Shown here piece after piece: positions 63,431-64,000 of a DNA stretch of 64,000 bases; positions within the stretch are counted from its first letter, which is position 1, and each line of letters opens with the position of its first letter. The notes beneath the pieces were generated by a model. It was not told where the DNA came from. It saw only the letters and a program-made list of their open reading frames with translations, and ran no database searches. The translations under genes and the position numbers were made by a program. Where the stretch lies: positions 51,400,001 to 51,464,000 of the forward strand of contig NC_058382.1 in NCBI RefSeq assembly GCF_018350175.1. The letters are read 5' to 3'. This DNA comes from Felis catus (taxonomy: Eukaryota).

Positions 63431-64000
63431 AACTCAGAGTGGCGTCCAGTTTCTCAGTTGTGGTTTTTTTCCCCTTTCATGTTTCTTTCTTGTTGTTTTT
63501 TTCTCATCAAGTTTGGGGGGTATGTGTTTGTGTTTCGTAGTCGTTTGGCAGGGTCACGGAGAGGTGGGGATCGGCTTGATTCTCACCCTACCCCATACCA
63601 AGTGGGCCCCGCCAGGGTCAACAAATCGGCTAATCAGAGTCAGATGCCTAGAGATGGCAGTGGTCTGAGAAGTTATTTTACATGATGCAGGAGAGGAAAC
63701 TGAGACCTAGAAAAGTTATTTAACTGATTACATGCAGCTGGCTTCTGGAGTAGGGGAGACAGAATCCAAATGTCATGATTCCAACCCACATTGGCCTTAG
63801 ACACAGGCGCATGTGGCCGTCAATTCTCTCACATCCATCACAACGATGGAAATTTTTCACTTGCCTCATTCCCGTTTGTTAAGCGATCATTTGCTCCCGG
63901 TGACTCTCCTCCCCAGGAGAAATCAACTGACATCTATTGATAGGAGGCAACCGATCAGATTTCCTGTCATTCACAGAGGGGGGAATCCCAAGAGAGGTAC

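Larger units (their letters stand above)
5482..64000 (-). other. ADAMTS18: Long upstream intron of ADAMTS18 (intron 3); the preceding exon lies beyond the window
   Basis: No further ADAMTS prodomain-coding sequence was recognised on the minus strand, and the region is repeat-dominated. Confidence 0.8.

Overview
This is mammalian nuclear DNA, almost certainly from a felid: it carries about 23 felid-type Can-SINEs and a felid-type L1 3' end. The minus strand holds four consecutive coding exons of ADAMTS18 at 5199-5481, 2631-2824, 2288-2371 and 218-377. They correspond to exons 4-7 by recalled human numbering and encode the end of the prodomain, the cysteine switch, the RPRR furin site and the start of the metalloprotease domain. 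All four have GT-AG boundaries and join in frame. Positions 5482-64000 are one long upstream intron, filled with SINEs, young and old L1, L2/MIR, solo LTRs and DNA transposons, several of them nested with readable target-site duplications (TSDs). I found no convincing novel gene, endogenous viral ORF, RNA gene or CRISPR-like array. The best leads are modest: an isolated 44-bp direct repeat with a compensatory hairpin change, inverted SINEs around a phase-0-to-phase-0 exon block, a His-rich prodomain stretch with an extra Cys, a four-layer nested insertion, a ~300-nt purine tract and some enhancer-like motif clusters. Repeat family names are from recalled consensus sequences and should be confirmed with RepeatMasker/Dfam.
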